A stretch of DNA of 62,690 nt, the filler included, from Rhabdomonas costata (taxonomy: Eukaryota): assembly GCA_019059605.1 (NCBI GenBank). It is 28 parts of 28 records of this genome, joined end to end, with 100 filler letters (N's around TTAATTAATTAA, not from the genome) between each part and the next. Parts side by side here need not be neighbours in the genome. Positions count along the whole stretch, not along the records: positions 60,550 to 62,690 come from JAHMHO010005342.1; 27 more parts are not named here. The stretch is one strand, 5' to 3'. Made by a program: the position numbers and the translations under genes. This document shows, one piece after another, positions 61,905 through 62,690 of the stretch. The notes beneath the pieces are model-generated. The model was not told the origin of the DNA. It did not search any database and saw only the letters and a list, made by a program, of their open reading frames with translations. Positions within the stretch are counted from its first letter, which is position 1, and every line of letters starts with the position of its first letter.

Positions 61905-62690
61905 CTTCCCCCCGCAAAACAAACACAGGAGTTGGGGCGAGTTGAATGTGAAAAGCATACGCTGGTACAACCACTGTCCAAGACTGGCTCACATCCACAG
62001 GGTCCATTCATAGTCTAATTACAGTACGTCTAGTGTAAACTGGGCGGGGGGGGTAAGGATTTTCGTGCCTTAATCCGGATGGGACAGGGATGACCTTAAT
62101 CCGGATGTATACACGAATGCAAAAGATGTACGTATATCTCGGGGGAACCTCAAGCCACCCTTTACTCCTTTTTCTCTGCCCCTGTGGCAGCAACAGCATT
62201 TTAAGAGAAATAAGCGTGGCCATACAGGAAACCGAACAAGCGGGAAGGCAAAACATGGATCCAGACGCAACCCCAAAGCAGGGTCCCACAGAAAGCTCAG
62301 GTTATGCACGCAAAAAGGTGTCTTCCGTTTTTTTTTTGCACCGACAAACAACGCGCCAGACATGTGCATGTGTACATACACACGCAAGTTGGAGGACAGT
62401 ATCTCCTCAATACTTCACATACACACACGCCGTGCACAAGGCATTGTTTCGGTGGAAGTCTTTTGTGCCTCCAGCGGGATTTCAAAATGCTCACCCGCCG
62501 CCTGGCCGCTTCTCGGGGGTGCGAATCACCCCCCTGTTCTGCTGACGAAGGTTCTTGGGAAACCGCAGTTGCCACATCATGAAGCGGTCATAGGTTTGTT
62601 TTAAACACATCATGGCAACCCTCCAAGCCACCAACCATTTCAAAATCCCCATGGCCAAATAAAATCGTCATCTCCGTCGAATCCCAAAAA

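Overview
This window is not one locus. It is 28 unrelated eukaryotic contigs of about 2.14-2.18 kb each, joined by an artificial 100-nt spacer (44 N + TTAATTAATTAA + 44 N), so neighbouring genes are not syntenic. Most contig ends carry short G/T-rich (left) or C/A-rich (right) tails, consistent with whole-genome-amplified single-cell DNA. The source is an intron-rich protist with mostly GT-AG introns and at least two GC-AG introns. An articulin-like VPV-repeat protein and bacterial-style class III adenylyl cyclases suggest a euglenid, but this is inference. Gene fragments rebuilt by hand from exons include two adenylyl cyclases, an articulin-like protein, WD40, a multi-RRM protein, two protein kinases, a LOG-family hydrolase, DTD2/ATD, a GT-A glycosyltransferase, a TSP1 protein, RPF2, a MORN protein, a DDB1-like protein, a two-component receiver domain, a METTL21-like methyltransferase and an ERMARD-like HEPN protein. 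There is also a decayed non-LTR retrotransposon and a MITE-like element. The most unusual item is a five-exon in-frame gene (20217-22358) fusing an F-type-lectin-like domain to WWE, HMG-box and SAP domains. All domain calls come from motif recognition by eye; no searches were run.
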